A stretch of DNA of 64,000 nucleotides from an uncultured Acidobacteriota bacterium (GTDB lineage Bacteria > Acidobacteriota > Thermoanaerobaculia > Multivoradales > SZUA-115). The position numbers and the translations under genes are program-made. Under the pieces are notes generated by a model that saw only the letters and a program-made list of their open reading frames with translations, had not been told where the DNA came from and did not search any database. This document shows, piece after piece, positions 30,511 to 39,883 of this stretch (the stretch's first letter is position 1; each line of letters starts with the position of its first letter). The stretch lies in the NCBI GenBank assembly GCA_963805975.1, contig CAWDVR010000002.1, positions 608,001 to 672,000 of the forward strand. Direction: 5' to 3'.

Positions 30511-31875
30511 TTACTTCTTGAAGCGCAGGGTCGCCAGAACCTCGTTGTTCTCCCGCTCTGCGCCGCTCGCCAGGATGAAGCTGTTGTCGGCGTACTCCAC
30601 GGTCAGGTCCACGCCGGGGACGATCCCCAGCCGGATGCCGTAGTCGAGCTTCTCCCATTCCCAGGTCACGCTCGGCGCCGGGAAGAAGGGGGAGGCCCGG
30701 AACTCCGGGTCGAGCTTCGAGTAGCGGACGGACGGCTGGATGGAGGGGAAGAGCTGCTGCCCGGCGAGGCCCCACACCACCGGCAGGTCGATGCGCCACG
30801 CGAGCTCGCCCTCGTAACCGGTGCGTACCAGCCCGGCGACCTCCTGGTCGACGTACTGGCCGAAGAAGGAGAAGCCGTCGAGATAGAGCCAGAGGTTGCC
30901 GCCGAACTCTGTCTTCTCGCGGCCGTCGAGCCCGACGAGCGGATGGAGGTCGAGCGGGCCGTTCAGCAGGTCGAGGTCCCCGCCGTAGAAGGTGCCGTTG
31001 AGCGCCACGGTGTCGGCCAGGTCGCGCTGGTAGCCGAAGGCCAGTAGATCGAAGCCGCGGCTGCCGTCGGCGTTCGAGAAGCGCAGGCCGAGACCGGCGC
31101 CCGCCTCCATCTCGCCGGAGGTGTCGAAGTCCTCGATCTCGGCGTCGTAGAGGATCAGGATGCCGGAGCCCAGGGGCGGATCCCCCTGGAGGCCGGGGGT
31201 GAAGGTGCGGATGGTGCCGTTGTCGCCGGCGAGAGCGTTGGGGTCACGGAAGAAGACCGGGTTGCCGGTGGTGTACGAGCCCCGCAGGTAGAGATGGCGG
31301 CCGAGGTCGGCACCCAGCTCGACGCCGAAGTCCTCGAAGCGGTTGAAAGCCGTGGAGATCAGCCCGTAGCTCTCGAGGTGGCGGTCGTTCTGGCGCTCGA
31401 ACTTGGGCATCTTGCCCACCTTCACGTAGACGCCGGGGCGCTCCGGCACCACCGCCGGCTCCGAGGCGCGGCCGAAGCGGACCCATGCCTCGTCGACGTC
31501 GACGTTGTGATCCTCGGAGGTGGGGTTGCGGTCGTAGGTGTCGATGGTGTCGATCTTGAAGTGCGCGGCGAGCGACTCGCCCCACTCCACGTCGGCGTAG
31601 AGCGTCACGGTCGAGAGCTCGAGGTGGTCGCCCTCGTCCACCGTCTCGAGGAAGAACCGTGTTTCCGGCGGCAGGCCCAGCTCCGGTGCCGGGCGGAAAG
31701 CGAACCGGTTCTCGTCGCTCTGCCGGAAGTGCGCCTTGCCCTCGATGTGGAAACTGAAGGTCGGGCCGCTCGGCTCTTCCGCCACCGCGGGCGGAGGCGT
31801 CTCCTCCTGCTGAGCGAGAACGGGCTGGGCCAGAGCGAGAGTCAGCGAGACGGTCACCAGCAGGCGTGGTGGCAT
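30511..31875 (-). CDS. Outer-membrane beta-barrel (porin-like) protein
   Basis: GGAGGA RBS, signal peptide, alternating beta-strand pattern (VDEAWVRF), and C-terminal LATLRFKK. Confidence 0.7.
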   Translation of the reverse strand: MPPRLLVTVSLTLALAQPVLAQQEETPPPAVAEEPSGPTFSFHIEGKAHFRQSDENRFAFRPAPELGLPPETRFFLETVDEGDHLELSTVTLYADVEWGESLAAHFKIDTIDTYDRNPTSEDHNVDVDEAWVRFGRASEPAVVPERPGVYVKVGKMPKFERQNDRHLESYGLISTAFNRFEDFGVELGADLGRHLYLRGSYTTGNPVFFRDPNALAGDNGTIRTFTPGLQGDPPLGSGILILYDAEIEDFDTSGEMEAGAGLGLRFSNADGSRGFDLLAFGYQRDLADTVALNGTFYGGDLDLLNGPLDLHPLVGLDGREKTEFGGNLWLYLDGFSFFGQYVDQEVAGLVRTGYEGELAWRIDLPVVWGLAGQQLFPSIQPSVRYSKLDPEFRASPFFPAPSVTWEWEKLDYGIRLGIVPGVDLTVEYADNSFILASGAERENNEVLATLRFKK

Positions 31876-31977
31876 GAAGTTCCTCCGCACAAAATGGCTC
31901 GACCGCCAGCAGAGGCGGCCGAGCTCGAAACCACAGAAGAAGTCTTGGATACTACGGAGCGAAGTCTAGTGTAGATG

Positions 31978-32835
31978 TTACTTCGAGCCCTCGATCACGG
32001 AGGACAGGCTGCGCTCCACCTTCAGGAAATCGTTGCTCGACATGCGGCCGGCCTCTTTGCCCGCCACGTAGACGATCGCCGTCGGCACCCCCTTGACGCC
32101 CAGCCGCACCACCTCGGCGTCCTGCCAGGCGGCCGGCGGACGGGGCAGGCCGTAGTAGTCGAAGGTGACCTTGGAGCCCACCAGGCCTTCCTCGACCTTC
32201 AGGATGTGGGGCAGCATCTGCCGGCAGTGCCCGCACCAGGAGCCGAAGAAGACCCGGACCTTGACGTCCCGGAGCTGGCCGCGGAGGCGGTTGAGGAGCT
32301 GCGGGTCCGGCTGGTAGGTCGCGGCGCCGCGCCCGTACTCCGGCGTGTGGGCGAGGAGATCGACGCGCGGGTGCGAGCCGGTGAGCGGGGGCGATGCCTT
32401 GAGGCTCGCGGCCTTGCCGGCCATGTTGAAGGAGATCTCGGTGTAGTCCTTGTTCACCGCCGCGGTGCCCAGGGGCTCGAGCGTCGCGTCCGCCAGGAGG
32501 TCCACCGAGCCGTTCGCCTGCTTGGCGACCTTCATCAGGTCCACGGTCTCGACCGAGAGGGAGCGCTTGCCGACCAGCACCGGCGAGGCGAAGGACGAGG
32601 TGACGATCAGGTAGGCGCCGGCCACCGGGGAGTCGTAGACCTCCGCCTTCGGCACCTCTTTGCCGGCCACCCACAGGCGGTACTCACTGGTGGGCTCGAA
32701 ACCGCGGAGCACGGCGTCCGACTGGGCAAGGAGGGAAACGGCGGCGCCGAGCGCGAGGAGCAGGGCGGAGGCGATCGCGAGCCGGCGGAGGCGCCGGCTC
32801 GAGGCCGCGTTGCGAGGGCGGAGCATCATCATCAT
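31978..32835 (-). CDS. Secreted thioredoxin-family protein
   Basis: FFGSWCGHC and cis-Pro motif GVPT; signal peptide. Confidence 0.85.
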   Translation of the reverse strand: MMMMLRPRNAASSRRLRRLAIASALLLALGAAVSLLAQSDAVLRGFEPTSEYRLWVAGKEVPKAEVYDSPVAGAYLIVTSSFASPVLVGKRSLSVETVDLMKVAKQANGSVDLLADATLEPLGTAAVNKDYTEISFNMAGKAASLKASPPLTGSHPRVDLLAHTPEYGRGAATYQPDPQLLNRLRGQLRDVKVRVFFGSWCGHCRQMLPHILKVEEGLVGSKVTFDYYGLPRPPAAWQDAEVVRLGVKGVPTAIVYVAGKEAGRMSSNDFLKVERSLSSVIEGSK

Positions 32836-32865
32836 GAGGTACGTCTCCTGAAATCCAGACTCGAG

Positions 32866-33873
32866 TCAACCGGCCAGCTCGCTCGCAGGCGGCAGGCCGG
32901 GGTACGTTCGGATCACGATGCCGTCCTGCACCACGAAGCTGCGCGGCATCCGCCGGTACAGCGGGCGCAGCAGCGCCAACGGCGCCTCGCGCACTTCGAA
33001 GGCCGGCGCAGAGCTCCAATCGAACTTGCGGCGCTCCTCCTCCGGCGATGCGGTCAGCAGCCACAACGTCGGCCGGCCGCCGGAGCGCACGTGGACGTTC
33101 CACGCCTCCACTGCCTGGCCGACCGACGGGTCGGTGAGATCGGCGATCACCACCAGGTGCTCACCCTCCGCCAGCTCGCCGATCACCAACTGCCCCAGGC
33201 AGATCCGCTCCGTCCCGCGGCCGGTGCACAGGTCCGCTGCCCGCGCGCCGGGATGCAAGCGGGTCGCCAGGTCGTCGAGCGGCAACGCGGGCGCCCGAAT
33301 CGCGAGCACCACGCTCGCCGCCACGCCCAGGACGACCACGCCGAGCCGCCAGCCGATGGCGCGCGAGCCCAGGCGGGGAGGCGCCAGGAAAGCGAGCAGC
33401 AGCGGCGGCACGAGGAGCAGCAGGTCCTGCCAGAAGGCCTGGGCGGGGGTGCGCTCGACGAGGTTGCCGAAGCAGCCGCAGGAGGCCGCTTCCGGGCGCA
33501 GGCCGTGCGCGTCGAGGTACCAGGCGCGGCCGTTCAGCACCAGGAACGCCGCCACCAGGAGAGCGGCCGGGATCAGCACCCAGGGCCGGCGCAGACCCAG
33601 GATCAAGGCCAAGCCCAGGCCCACTTCGATGGCGATCACCAGCCAGGCCACGGCCTTGGCGGAGAGCAGGAAGTCGAGCCCTTCGGTGGTGATCAATTCG
33701 GCGAAGGACAGGGGGTCGATCGTCTTCGCCCAGGCGGCGACCAGGAGCACGGCACCCAGGACCGCGCCGCCAGCGTAACCCACCGCCCGGCGCCATAACG
33801 GCGAGCCAAGCGGCGAAAGCGGCATGCTCAGGCTCCGGTCGGCACTGTGGTCGGCGGCCACCATGGTGGCCAT
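32866..33873 (-). CDS. MauE/DoxX-family redox-associated membrane protein
   Basis: TM helices with AAWAK, IEVGLG and SCGCFG. The start may instead be ATG 33825. Confidence 0.8.
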   Translation of the reverse strand: MATMVAADHSADRSLSMPLSPLGSPLWRRAVGYAGGAVLGAVLLVAAWAKTIDPLSFAELITTEGLDFLLSAKAVAWLVIAIEVGLGLALILGLRRPWVLIPAALLVAAFLVLNGRAWYLDAHGLRPEAASCGCFGNLVERTPAQAFWQDLLLLVPPLLLAFLAPPRLGSRAIGWRLGVVVLGVAASVVLAIRAPALPLDDLATRLHPGARAADLCTGRGTERICLGQLVIGELAEGEHLVVIADLTDPSVGQAVEAWNVHVRSGGRPTLWLLTASPEEERRKFDWSSAPAFEVREAPLALLRPLYRRMPRSFVVQDGIVIRTYPGLPPASELAG

Positions 33874-33888
33874 CCTAGCAGGAGCCCC

Positions 33889-34992
33889 TCACCCCCGACG
33901 CGCCACGTAGCTCCCCGCCATCAGATCGTGGAGCGCCCGCTTCTGCGGCCCGAAGAGGGCCACCAGGAAGCCGGCGCCGAGCGGGATGGCGCTCACCAGG
34001 TAGCCCAGCCAGCGCACGATCGCCCGGCCCAGGGGCAGGCCCACGGTGCCGGAGACGTCGCACACCACCAGGCCGAGGAGCTTCTTGCCCGGCGTGGTGC
34101 CGAAGCGCGACCAGCCGATGATCGACAGCAGGGCCGAGCCGGCGAAACCGAGGAGGCCGGCGACCAGCGAGGCGCTGGGGTTCTCGAGCCCGCCCAGCGC
34201 GAAGAAGGCGGCGACCTCGACCACGGCGAGCAGCAGGCCGTCGACGAGCAGCGCGGCGAAGCGGCGCAGAAAGCCCGCCGGCGCAAGCGTCTGTGCCACG
34301 GCCCGCCGCGCGCCGCGCGCTGCCGGCACGGCGGCCTCCTGCGCCGCGAGCTGGCGCTCGATGTCGTCGATCGAGGGCAGCAGCTCGGCGGTCGAAGGCC
34401 GCTCGGGGGCCGGTGTGGCCGGAACCTTCGGGTAGGCAGGCGGCGCTGGAGCCGGCGGGGGCGGCGGCACCGCGACCGGGCGCGGCCGGATCGCCGGCCC
34501 GTGGTCGGTCTTCTCCCAGGCCGCCGGCGCCTGGGCCAGCACCTCCCCTACCGCCATCACGTCGCCCACCGCGATCGCCTCCGAGGAGGTGGGCCGCGGC
34601 ACGAGGCGCGTCGAGAGGTCCGAGGCGGGAGCGGGGCTGGCAGGGACCGCGACGGGTTGGCGGCGGAAGACCAGCTCGCTCTCGCCGATCGCCACCACGT
34701 CGCCGGGGGCGAGCTCCACCTCGGTGCCGAGCCGCGCCCCGTTCAGGAAGGTGCCGTTGCTCGACTCGAGATCCTTCACCGTCACCCGGTCGCCGTCGCG
34801 CGACAACAACGCGTGGTTGCGGGAGACGGCCAGGTCGTCGAGGCGCACGCCGCAGGTACGGCTGCGCCCGATGGTGGTCGAGCCCGGCGCAATGTCGAGG
34901 CGCTGACCGTTCAGCTCGAGGAAGATCGTGGCAGAGCTCAAGGTCGCTCCATCCTCATCAGGGAATCTCCAAGCTTTGCGCAAGCATACCAT
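33889..34992 (-). CDS. FHA domain + RDD family membrane protein
   Basis: FHA motifs IGRS, VSRNHA and SSNGTFLNG; RDD motifs RRFAALLVD, TPGK and LHDLMAGS. The true start is probably near 34941. Confidence 0.85.
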   Translation of the reverse strand: MVCLRKAWRFPDEDGATLSSATIFLELNGQRLDIAPGSTTIGRSRTCGVRLDDLAVSRNHALLSRDGDRVTVKDLESSNGTFLNGARLGTEVELAPGDVVAIGESELVFRRQPVAVPASPAPASDLSTRLVPRPTSSEAIAVGDVMAVGEVLAQAPAAWEKTDHGPAIRPRPVAVPPPPPAPAPPAYPKVPATPAPERPSTAELLPSIDDIERQLAAQEAAVPAARGARRAVAQTLAPAGFLRRFAALLVDGLLLAVVEVAAFFALGGLENPSASLVAGLLGFAGSALLSIIGWSRFGTTPGKKLLGLVVCDVSGTVGLPLGRAIVRWLGYLVSAIPLGAGFLVALFGPQKRALHDLMAGSYVARRG

Positions 34993-37834
34993 CGGCCCCG
35001 GTGGCCCCCGCCCCCTCTTCGGCCCGCGCCGGCAGCCACTTGAGGAAGGCGCGCAGCTCGTCGGCCGTGGGGCTCTCGGCGCGCTCCAGGAAGGTGCCCA
35101 GCGAGCCGCAGTGCAGCAGGCTCCCGCCGTGCTCGCCGCCGCCCGGCCCGAGGTCGATCACCCAGTCGGCGCGCGCCACGAGGTCCAGGCTGTGCTCCAC
35201 CACCACCACCGTGTCGCCGCGCTGCACCAACCGGCGCAGCGTGTGGTAGAGCACGTCGATGTCGGCGAGGTGGAGGCCCGTGGTCGGCTCGTCGAAGAGG
35301 AAGAGCCGCGGCTTCTCGGAGGGCGGGCGGTCGAGGAAGCTCGCGAGCTTCAGGCGCTGCGCCTCGCCGCCCGAGAGCGTGGCCGTGGGCTGACCCAGCC
35401 GCAGGTAGCCGAGGCCCACGTCCGAGAGCAGCTTCAGGCGCCGCGCCAGCCGCTTCTGGGGAGCGAAGATCCCGGTGGCCTCCTCGACCGTCAGGTCCAG
35501 CACCTCGGAGACGTTCCGGCCCTGGTAGCGCACCGCCAGCACCTCGGGCTTGAAGCGGTGCCCCTGGCACGAGTCGCAGACCACGGTCACCGGCGCCATG
35601 AACTGCATGTCCACCTCGACCACCCCCGTGCCCTTGCACACCGGGCAGCGCCCGCGGTCGACGTTGAACGAGAAGTGCGCCGCCGTGATGCGCCGCGCCC
35701 GCGCCGCGACGGTGCCGGCGAAGAGCTTCCGGATCTCGTCGTAGGCCTTGACGTAGGTGATGGGGTTCGAGCGGCTGGAACGGCCCAGCGGCCGCTGGTC
35801 GACGAGGGTGACGTCCGCCAGGTCCGCGAGGCCCGAGAGCTCGTCCACCTCCCCGGGCTCGACGTCCACCACTCCCCGCGCGCGCTGGTAGGTGCCGTAG
35901 AGCACGTTCTCGATCAGCGTCGACTTGCCCGATCCCGACACGCCGGTGACCGCCACCAGGGTGCCGAGCGGCAGCTCGACGTCCAGGTTCTTCAAGTTGT
36001 GGGCCCTGGCGCCGCGGATCCGTACTCGTGGCCGGCCCGCCAGCTCCTCTTCCAAGGTCTCCTTGCCCTGCTCGCGGCGGAAGCGCGCCACGTGCGCGCG
36101 CGCCGGGGTGGGAACACGCTCGCGCAGATAGAGGGCGGTCAGCGACTCCTCGCACTCGAGCACCCGGTCGATCGCCCCCTCGACCATTACCCGGCCGCCG
36201 TGCTCGCCGGCCTTGGGGCCCAGGTCGATCACCCAGTCCGCGCCCTGGATCAGCGTGCGGTCGTGCTCCACCACCAGCACCGTGTTGCCGCGCGCGGCGA
36301 GGTCCGAGAGCAGGGCGAGGAGGCGTTCCGAGTCGCGTGGATGGAGGCCGATGGTGGGCTCGTCGAGCACGTAGAGCGTGCTGGTCAACCCCGAGCCGAG
36401 GGCCGCCGCGAGGTGGATGCGCTGCGCCTCGCCGCCCGAGAGCGTGCGCGCCTGGCGGTCGAGGGTCAAGTAGTCGAGACCCACGCGGGAGAGCACCTCG
36501 ACGCGCTCGGCCAGCTCTGCGAGCAGGTGGCCGGAGAGCTCGCGCTGGCGCGCCGTCCACTGCCGCGCCGCGAGCCAGGCACGGAGATCCTCGACGTTCA
36601 TCGCCGTGAGCTGCGGCAGCGTGCGGCCCTCGAGCTGCACCGCCAGGGCCTCCGGCTTGAGGCGTTTGCCCCGGCAGACCGGGCAGACCTCGTAGGCGCG
36701 GTAGCGCGCCAGCAGCACGCGCACGTGGACCTTGTAGATCCGGCCCTCGAGCCAGGAGAAGAACTTCGCGAGATTGACGAACGGGCCCTCGCCGCTCCAC
36801 ACCCACTCGCGGGCCGCGTCCGGCAGCTCTTCCCAGGGCACGTCGAGCGGCACCTTGCGCCGCCGGGCGGCCTTGTAGAGGCCGTCGTAGAGATCCTCGT
36901 AGGCGGGTGAGTTCCAGACCGCGATCGGCCGCTCGCGCAGGCTCTTCTTCGGATCCGGGACCACCCGCTCGCGGTCGACCCCGATCACCCGGCCGAAGCC
37001 CTGGCACTCGGTGCAGGCGCCGAGCGGCGAGTTGAACGAGAAGAGGGCCGGCACCGGCCGCCGCGCGGTGGCGCCGCAGGTGCCGCAGACCAGATCGGTC
37101 GCGAAGTAGCGCGCGCCGTCCGGCCCCACCGCCTCGACCCGGTTGCCGGTGAGGCGGTAGCCCTCCTCCACCGCGGCGGCGATGCGTCCCGTGCTCTCGG
37201 TCGTGGCGGTGAAACGCCCCAGGGCGAGCGGCAGCGGGTCCAAGGCCTTGCGCCAGAGAGTGCCCGGCTCCATGCGCACCACCTCGTCCCCTTCGAGCCG
37301 GCGCGCCCAGCCCTGGCGGATCAGCTCGGCCAGCGCCTGGTCCGCGTGCTTCTTGGGCCGGGGAACGCGGGCCACCACCGTGAAGCGCTCTCCCGCCTCG
37401 CCGGCCGCCAGCGCGGCCGCCGCCTCCTCCGCCGCGTAGCGCCGCAGCGGGCCGTGACCGTTCGGGCAGTGGACCTCGCCCAGGTGGGTGTAGAGCAGCC
37501 GCAGCACGTCGTGCGTCTCGGTGATGGTGCCCACCGTCGAACGCGCGTTCTTGATCGCGTTCGAGGCCGCGAGCGCCACCGCCGGGAGCACGTTGTGCAC
37601 CGCCTCGACGGGCGGGCGCTCCATCTGGTCGAGGAACTGGCGGGCGTAGGTGGACATCGACTCCACGAAACGCCGCTGCCCCTCGGCATAGATGGTGTCG
37701 AAGGCGAGAGAGGACTTGCCGGCCCCCGACGGCCCGGTCACCACGGTCACCTTGCCGTGCGGCACGCGGCAGTCGATGCCCTTCAGGTTGTGCGTGCGGG
37801 CCTTGACGACCTCGATGGCGGTAGGAGTGCGCAT
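34958..37834 (-). CDS. uvrA: Excinuclease ABC subunit A
   Basis: Two ABC domains (GPSGAGKSS, GVSGSGKST, LSGGEAQR x2, DEPT), Zn fingers and ARTHNLK. Confidence 0.95.
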   Translation of the reverse strand: MRTPTAIEVVKARTHNLKGIDCRVPHGKVTVVTGPSGAGKSSLAFDTIYAEGQRRFVESMSTYARQFLDQMERPPVEAVHNVLPAVALAASNAIKNARSTVGTITETHDVLRLLYTHLGEVHCPNGHGPLRRYAAEEAAAALAAGEAGERFTVVARVPRPKKHADQALAELIRQGWARRLEGDEVVRMEPGTLWRKALDPLPLALGRFTATTESTGRIAAAVEEGYRLTGNRVEAVGPDGARYFATDLVCGTCGATARRPVPALFSFNSPLGACTECQGFGRVIGVDRERVVPDPKKSLRERPIAVWNSPAYEDLYDGLYKAARRRKVPLDVPWEELPDAAREWVWSGEGPFVNLAKFFSWLEGRIYKVHVRVLLARYRAYEVCPVCRGKRLKPEALAVQLEGRTLPQLTAMNVEDLRAWLAARQWTARQRELSGHLLAELAERVEVLSRVGLDYLTLDRQARTLSGGEAQRIHLAAALGSGLTSTLYVLDEPTIGLHPRDSERLLALLSDLAARGNTVLVVEHDRTLIQGADWVIDLGPKAGEHGGRVMVEGAIDRVLECEESLTALYLRERVPTPARAHVARFRREQGKETLEEELAGRPRVRIRGARAHNLKNLDVELPLGTLVAVTGVSGSGKSTLIENVLYGTYQRARGVVDVEPGEVDELSGLADLADVTLVDQRPLGRSSRSNPITYVKAYDEIRKLFAGTVAARARRITAAHFSFNVDRGRCPVCKGTGVVEVDMQFMAPVTVVCDSCQGHRFKPEVLAVRYQGRNVSEVLDLTVEEATGIFAPQKRLARRLKLLSDVGLGYLRLGQPTATLSGGEAQRLKLASFLDRPPSEKPRLFLFDEPTTGLHLADIDVLYHTLRRLVQRGDTVVVVEHSLDLVARADWVIDLGPGGGEHGGSLLHCGSLGTFLERAESPTADELRAFLKWLPARAEEGAGATGADGMLAQSLEIP

Positions 37835-37981
37835 GCGGCGGCTCGCCCGAAGGCAAGCCGGCTATTCTAGCTCGCGGGGTGGCACGGATTGCCGCGTCAG
37901 AGCCTTGACGACACTCTCCCCGTAAGGCAAACTGTCCTACGATCCTGAGCACGACCCGTAGCACGAGCGGGCTCCCTGTCC

Positions 37982-38227
37982 ATGACCACTCTGAGCATCC
38001 GCATCCCCACCGCCCCTAACGAGAGGCTCAGCCGTAAGGCGCGCGCCGCCCGGGTGCCTCGCTCCGTCGTGGTGCGAGACGCCCTGGCGGACTTCGTAGC
38101 GCGCAAGGAGGAGGAGAGATTCATAACGGAGCTCGTCGCCGCGGCCAAGGCGCTGGCCCGGAGCCCTACCGGGTCTCTCGCCCTCGCAGAGGAGTTCCAC
38201 CGCTCGAGAACGAGGCGTTGGACCTGA
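37982..38227 (+). CDS. Ribbon-helix-helix (CopG-like) antitoxin, probably frameshifted at the 3' end
   Basis: MTTLSIRIP...LSRKAR...RSVVVRDALADF RHH pattern; an alternative frame reads PLENEALD. Confidence 0.7.
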   Translation: MTTLSIRIPTAPNERLSRKARAARVPRSVVVRDALADFVARKEEERFITELVAAAKALARSPTGSLALAEEFHRSRTRRWT

Positions 38228-38426
38228 CCACCCAGCTTTGGCCCGCGCTGGAGCCGATCCGCGTCAGGATCCCAGCTCGCGGGCGTCTCACACAAGACTG
38301 TCACGAGATGGTCGAGCAGGTGCGGGTCGTAGACCGCCGCCTAGGTGAGGTCCTCTCACTGTGCTGACCGCCGATGAGCTGGCAGCTCTCGGACGTAGCC
38401 TGAAGGCTGTGCTAGGTCTGCGGTAG
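38224..38426 (+). pseudogene. mazF: PemK/MazF toxin remnant (5' deleted, frameshifted)
   Basis: Reads LTTQLWPALEPIRVRIPARGRLTQDCHEMVEQVRVVDRRLG/EGPLTVLTADELAALGRSLKAVLGLR*, matching the C-terminal half of PemK/MazF. Confidence 0.75.
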
Positions 38427-38458
38427 TACACTGACTCCGACGCCGCGTCAGGGCACCT

Positions 38459-38959
38459 GTGGAACGAGTAGGCAAGCATCTCGCCGAGGTCGCCACTTCG
38501 AAGAGCAGCGTCGACGAGATCGACCTCTTCGCGCGCAGCGCCTTTAACCGCTTCTACTATGCCGCCTTCCTCGCCACCCGCGAGACACTACGGAAGCTGG
38601 ATGACCGTTGGAGGGAGCCCAACCATAAGGATGTTCCAGCGATTCTGCGAGGCAGAGTAGTCGACCGGGTCACAGAAGAGCTGAAGCGGCAGAGCGATGC
38701 TGGCATTCCACTCCTCCCGGGCCTGCCGCAGCTGACGCACGAGATTCACGCGGCTACCGATGCACTGGCGCAACTCCTTAAGCAAGCGTACAGCGTCCGC
38801 CGGACGGCTGACTACAAGCCGGAGGCTCGAGCGCTGAGGTCTGCGGGGATGATCATGCTTGATCAGGTCAAGCTCTCCCAGGCAGAGCATTGGCCTCGGC
38901 GCGCCAGGGCGTATGCACTGCAAATCGAGAGAGTCTATGGAAAGCTCGCGCTCCTCTAA
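38459..38959 (+). CDS. HEPN-domain protein (putative retron effector)
   Basis: RSAFNRFYYAAF, NHKDV and RRTADY are motifs of the 'RxYY...H...RxxADY' HEPN family. Confidence 0.8.
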   Translation: MERVGKHLAEVATSKSSVDEIDLFARSAFNRFYYAAFLATRETLRKLDDRWREPNHKDVPAILRGRVVDRVTEELKRQSDAGIPLLPGLPQLTHEIHAATDALAQLLKQAYSVRRTADYKPEARALRSAGMIMLDQVKLSQAEHWPRRARAYALQIERVYGKLALL

Positions 38960-39698
38960 GGTCGAGGGAGTCCGCGAGCTCCTTGCGGCTAGAGGGCTCG
39001 ATTTCGTGAGCCGGATCGAACACAGCAATTCGCCCCCACCCGACCTCGTGCTCTTCGTTCCGGGTAGCCGCGTCAGCGCAGAAGCCGGGAAAGGCAAAAC
39101 GTCTCGGCGCCAACTGGCTGCGCTCGCTCGATCGATCCAGGAAAGCTTCGGCCTTACTGTGGAGTGGCTACTCTTTCAGAGCCCTGAGGACGAGACTCTC
39201 GAGCAGGATCTGAGCGCCCTTCTGGAGCACAGATTCCCAGCTACGGTCGGCCATCTCTCTGTCTCCGGGGCTGGCCTGCCGCAGCCGACCGTCTGGGTCG
39301 AGAGAGTTCCTGGTCGTAAGCCGACGATCGAGCCGGAGCAGATCCGAAAAGTCGTGGCCGAGTTCTTCGAGCTCTACCGACTCGGCTCTCCAGGCGTGGT
39401 GTTCAACGACGAAGCTCCTGAGCCGACCGGTCCGTTGATCCTTAGGGTGATCAAGCAGCATTCCCCCACGGATCCCGAGCTCTTGGAGGAGTGCCTGCGG
39501 GCAAGAGGTTTCTGGGTGCCGAAGCCCGGGGCGCTGGCAGCCAAGCTCGACCTGCTGAGGAAGAAGGGACTAGTCAGCCGGCTCGAGGATGGCTCGTATG
39601 TGCTCACGGAGGAAGCCTTGCAGATCGTCCCGCACGGTCGGTACCGCAGCAGCTCCGACATCGAGCGTGCCCTTGCTCTCGCGAAAAGGAAGTGGTAG
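38937..39698 (+). CDS. Retron-associated protein with C-terminal winged HTH
   Basis: Overlaps the HEPN gene; C-terminal 'ILRVIK...LDLLRKKGLVSRLEDGSYVLTEEAL' wHTH pattern. Confidence 0.72.
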   Translation: MESSRSSKVEGVRELLAARGLDFVSRIEHSNSPPPDLVLFVPGSRVSAEAGKGKTSRRQLAALARSIQESFGLTVEWLLFQSPEDETLEQDLSALLEHRFPATVGHLSVSGAGLPQPTVWVERVPGRKPTIEPEQIRKVVAEFFELYRLGSPGVVFNDEAPEPTGPLILRVIKQHSPTDPELLEECLRARGFWVPKPGALAAKLDLLRKKGLVSRLEDGSYVLTEEALQIVPHGRYRSSSDIERALALAKRKW

Positions 39699-39704
39699 AA
39701 GGAC

Positions 39705-39883
39705 GCGAGGAATGACGGTGGAACTCTCGCGCGGGCGTGCATCACGCCCATTAGCGAAGACCGGCGAAAGAAGGTGCCTGCCCAGCGGCAGCCGCTCCTT
39801 CGAACCGCCCGCCGCTGGGCAGGCGATCGCCCTGAAAGCAGATTCAGCTTTGCTCTTCCCGTGAAACCGCCGCCATTCCTCGT
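39705..39883 (+). ncRNA. Retron msr-msd non-coding RNA
   Basis: 17-nt inverted arms gcgaggaatgacggtgg (39705-39721) and ccgccgccattcctcgt (39867-39883). Hairpin gggcgtg-cat-cacgccc at 39733-39749. Perfect 14-bp stem at 39776-39789/39811-39824. Confidence 0.8.

Noticed and set aside
37896-37911. CGTCA-N6-TGACG palindrome as an SOS box for uvrA, or as an island end repeat
   Set aside because: It is a single short instance matching no LexA box I can confirm. Similarity to ~41618 (gagccttg) is only 8 bp.
39774-39860. N-terminal extension of the RT from GTG 39774
   Set aside because: It coincides with the 14-bp msd hairpin and gives a low-complexity peptide; better explained as ncRNA.
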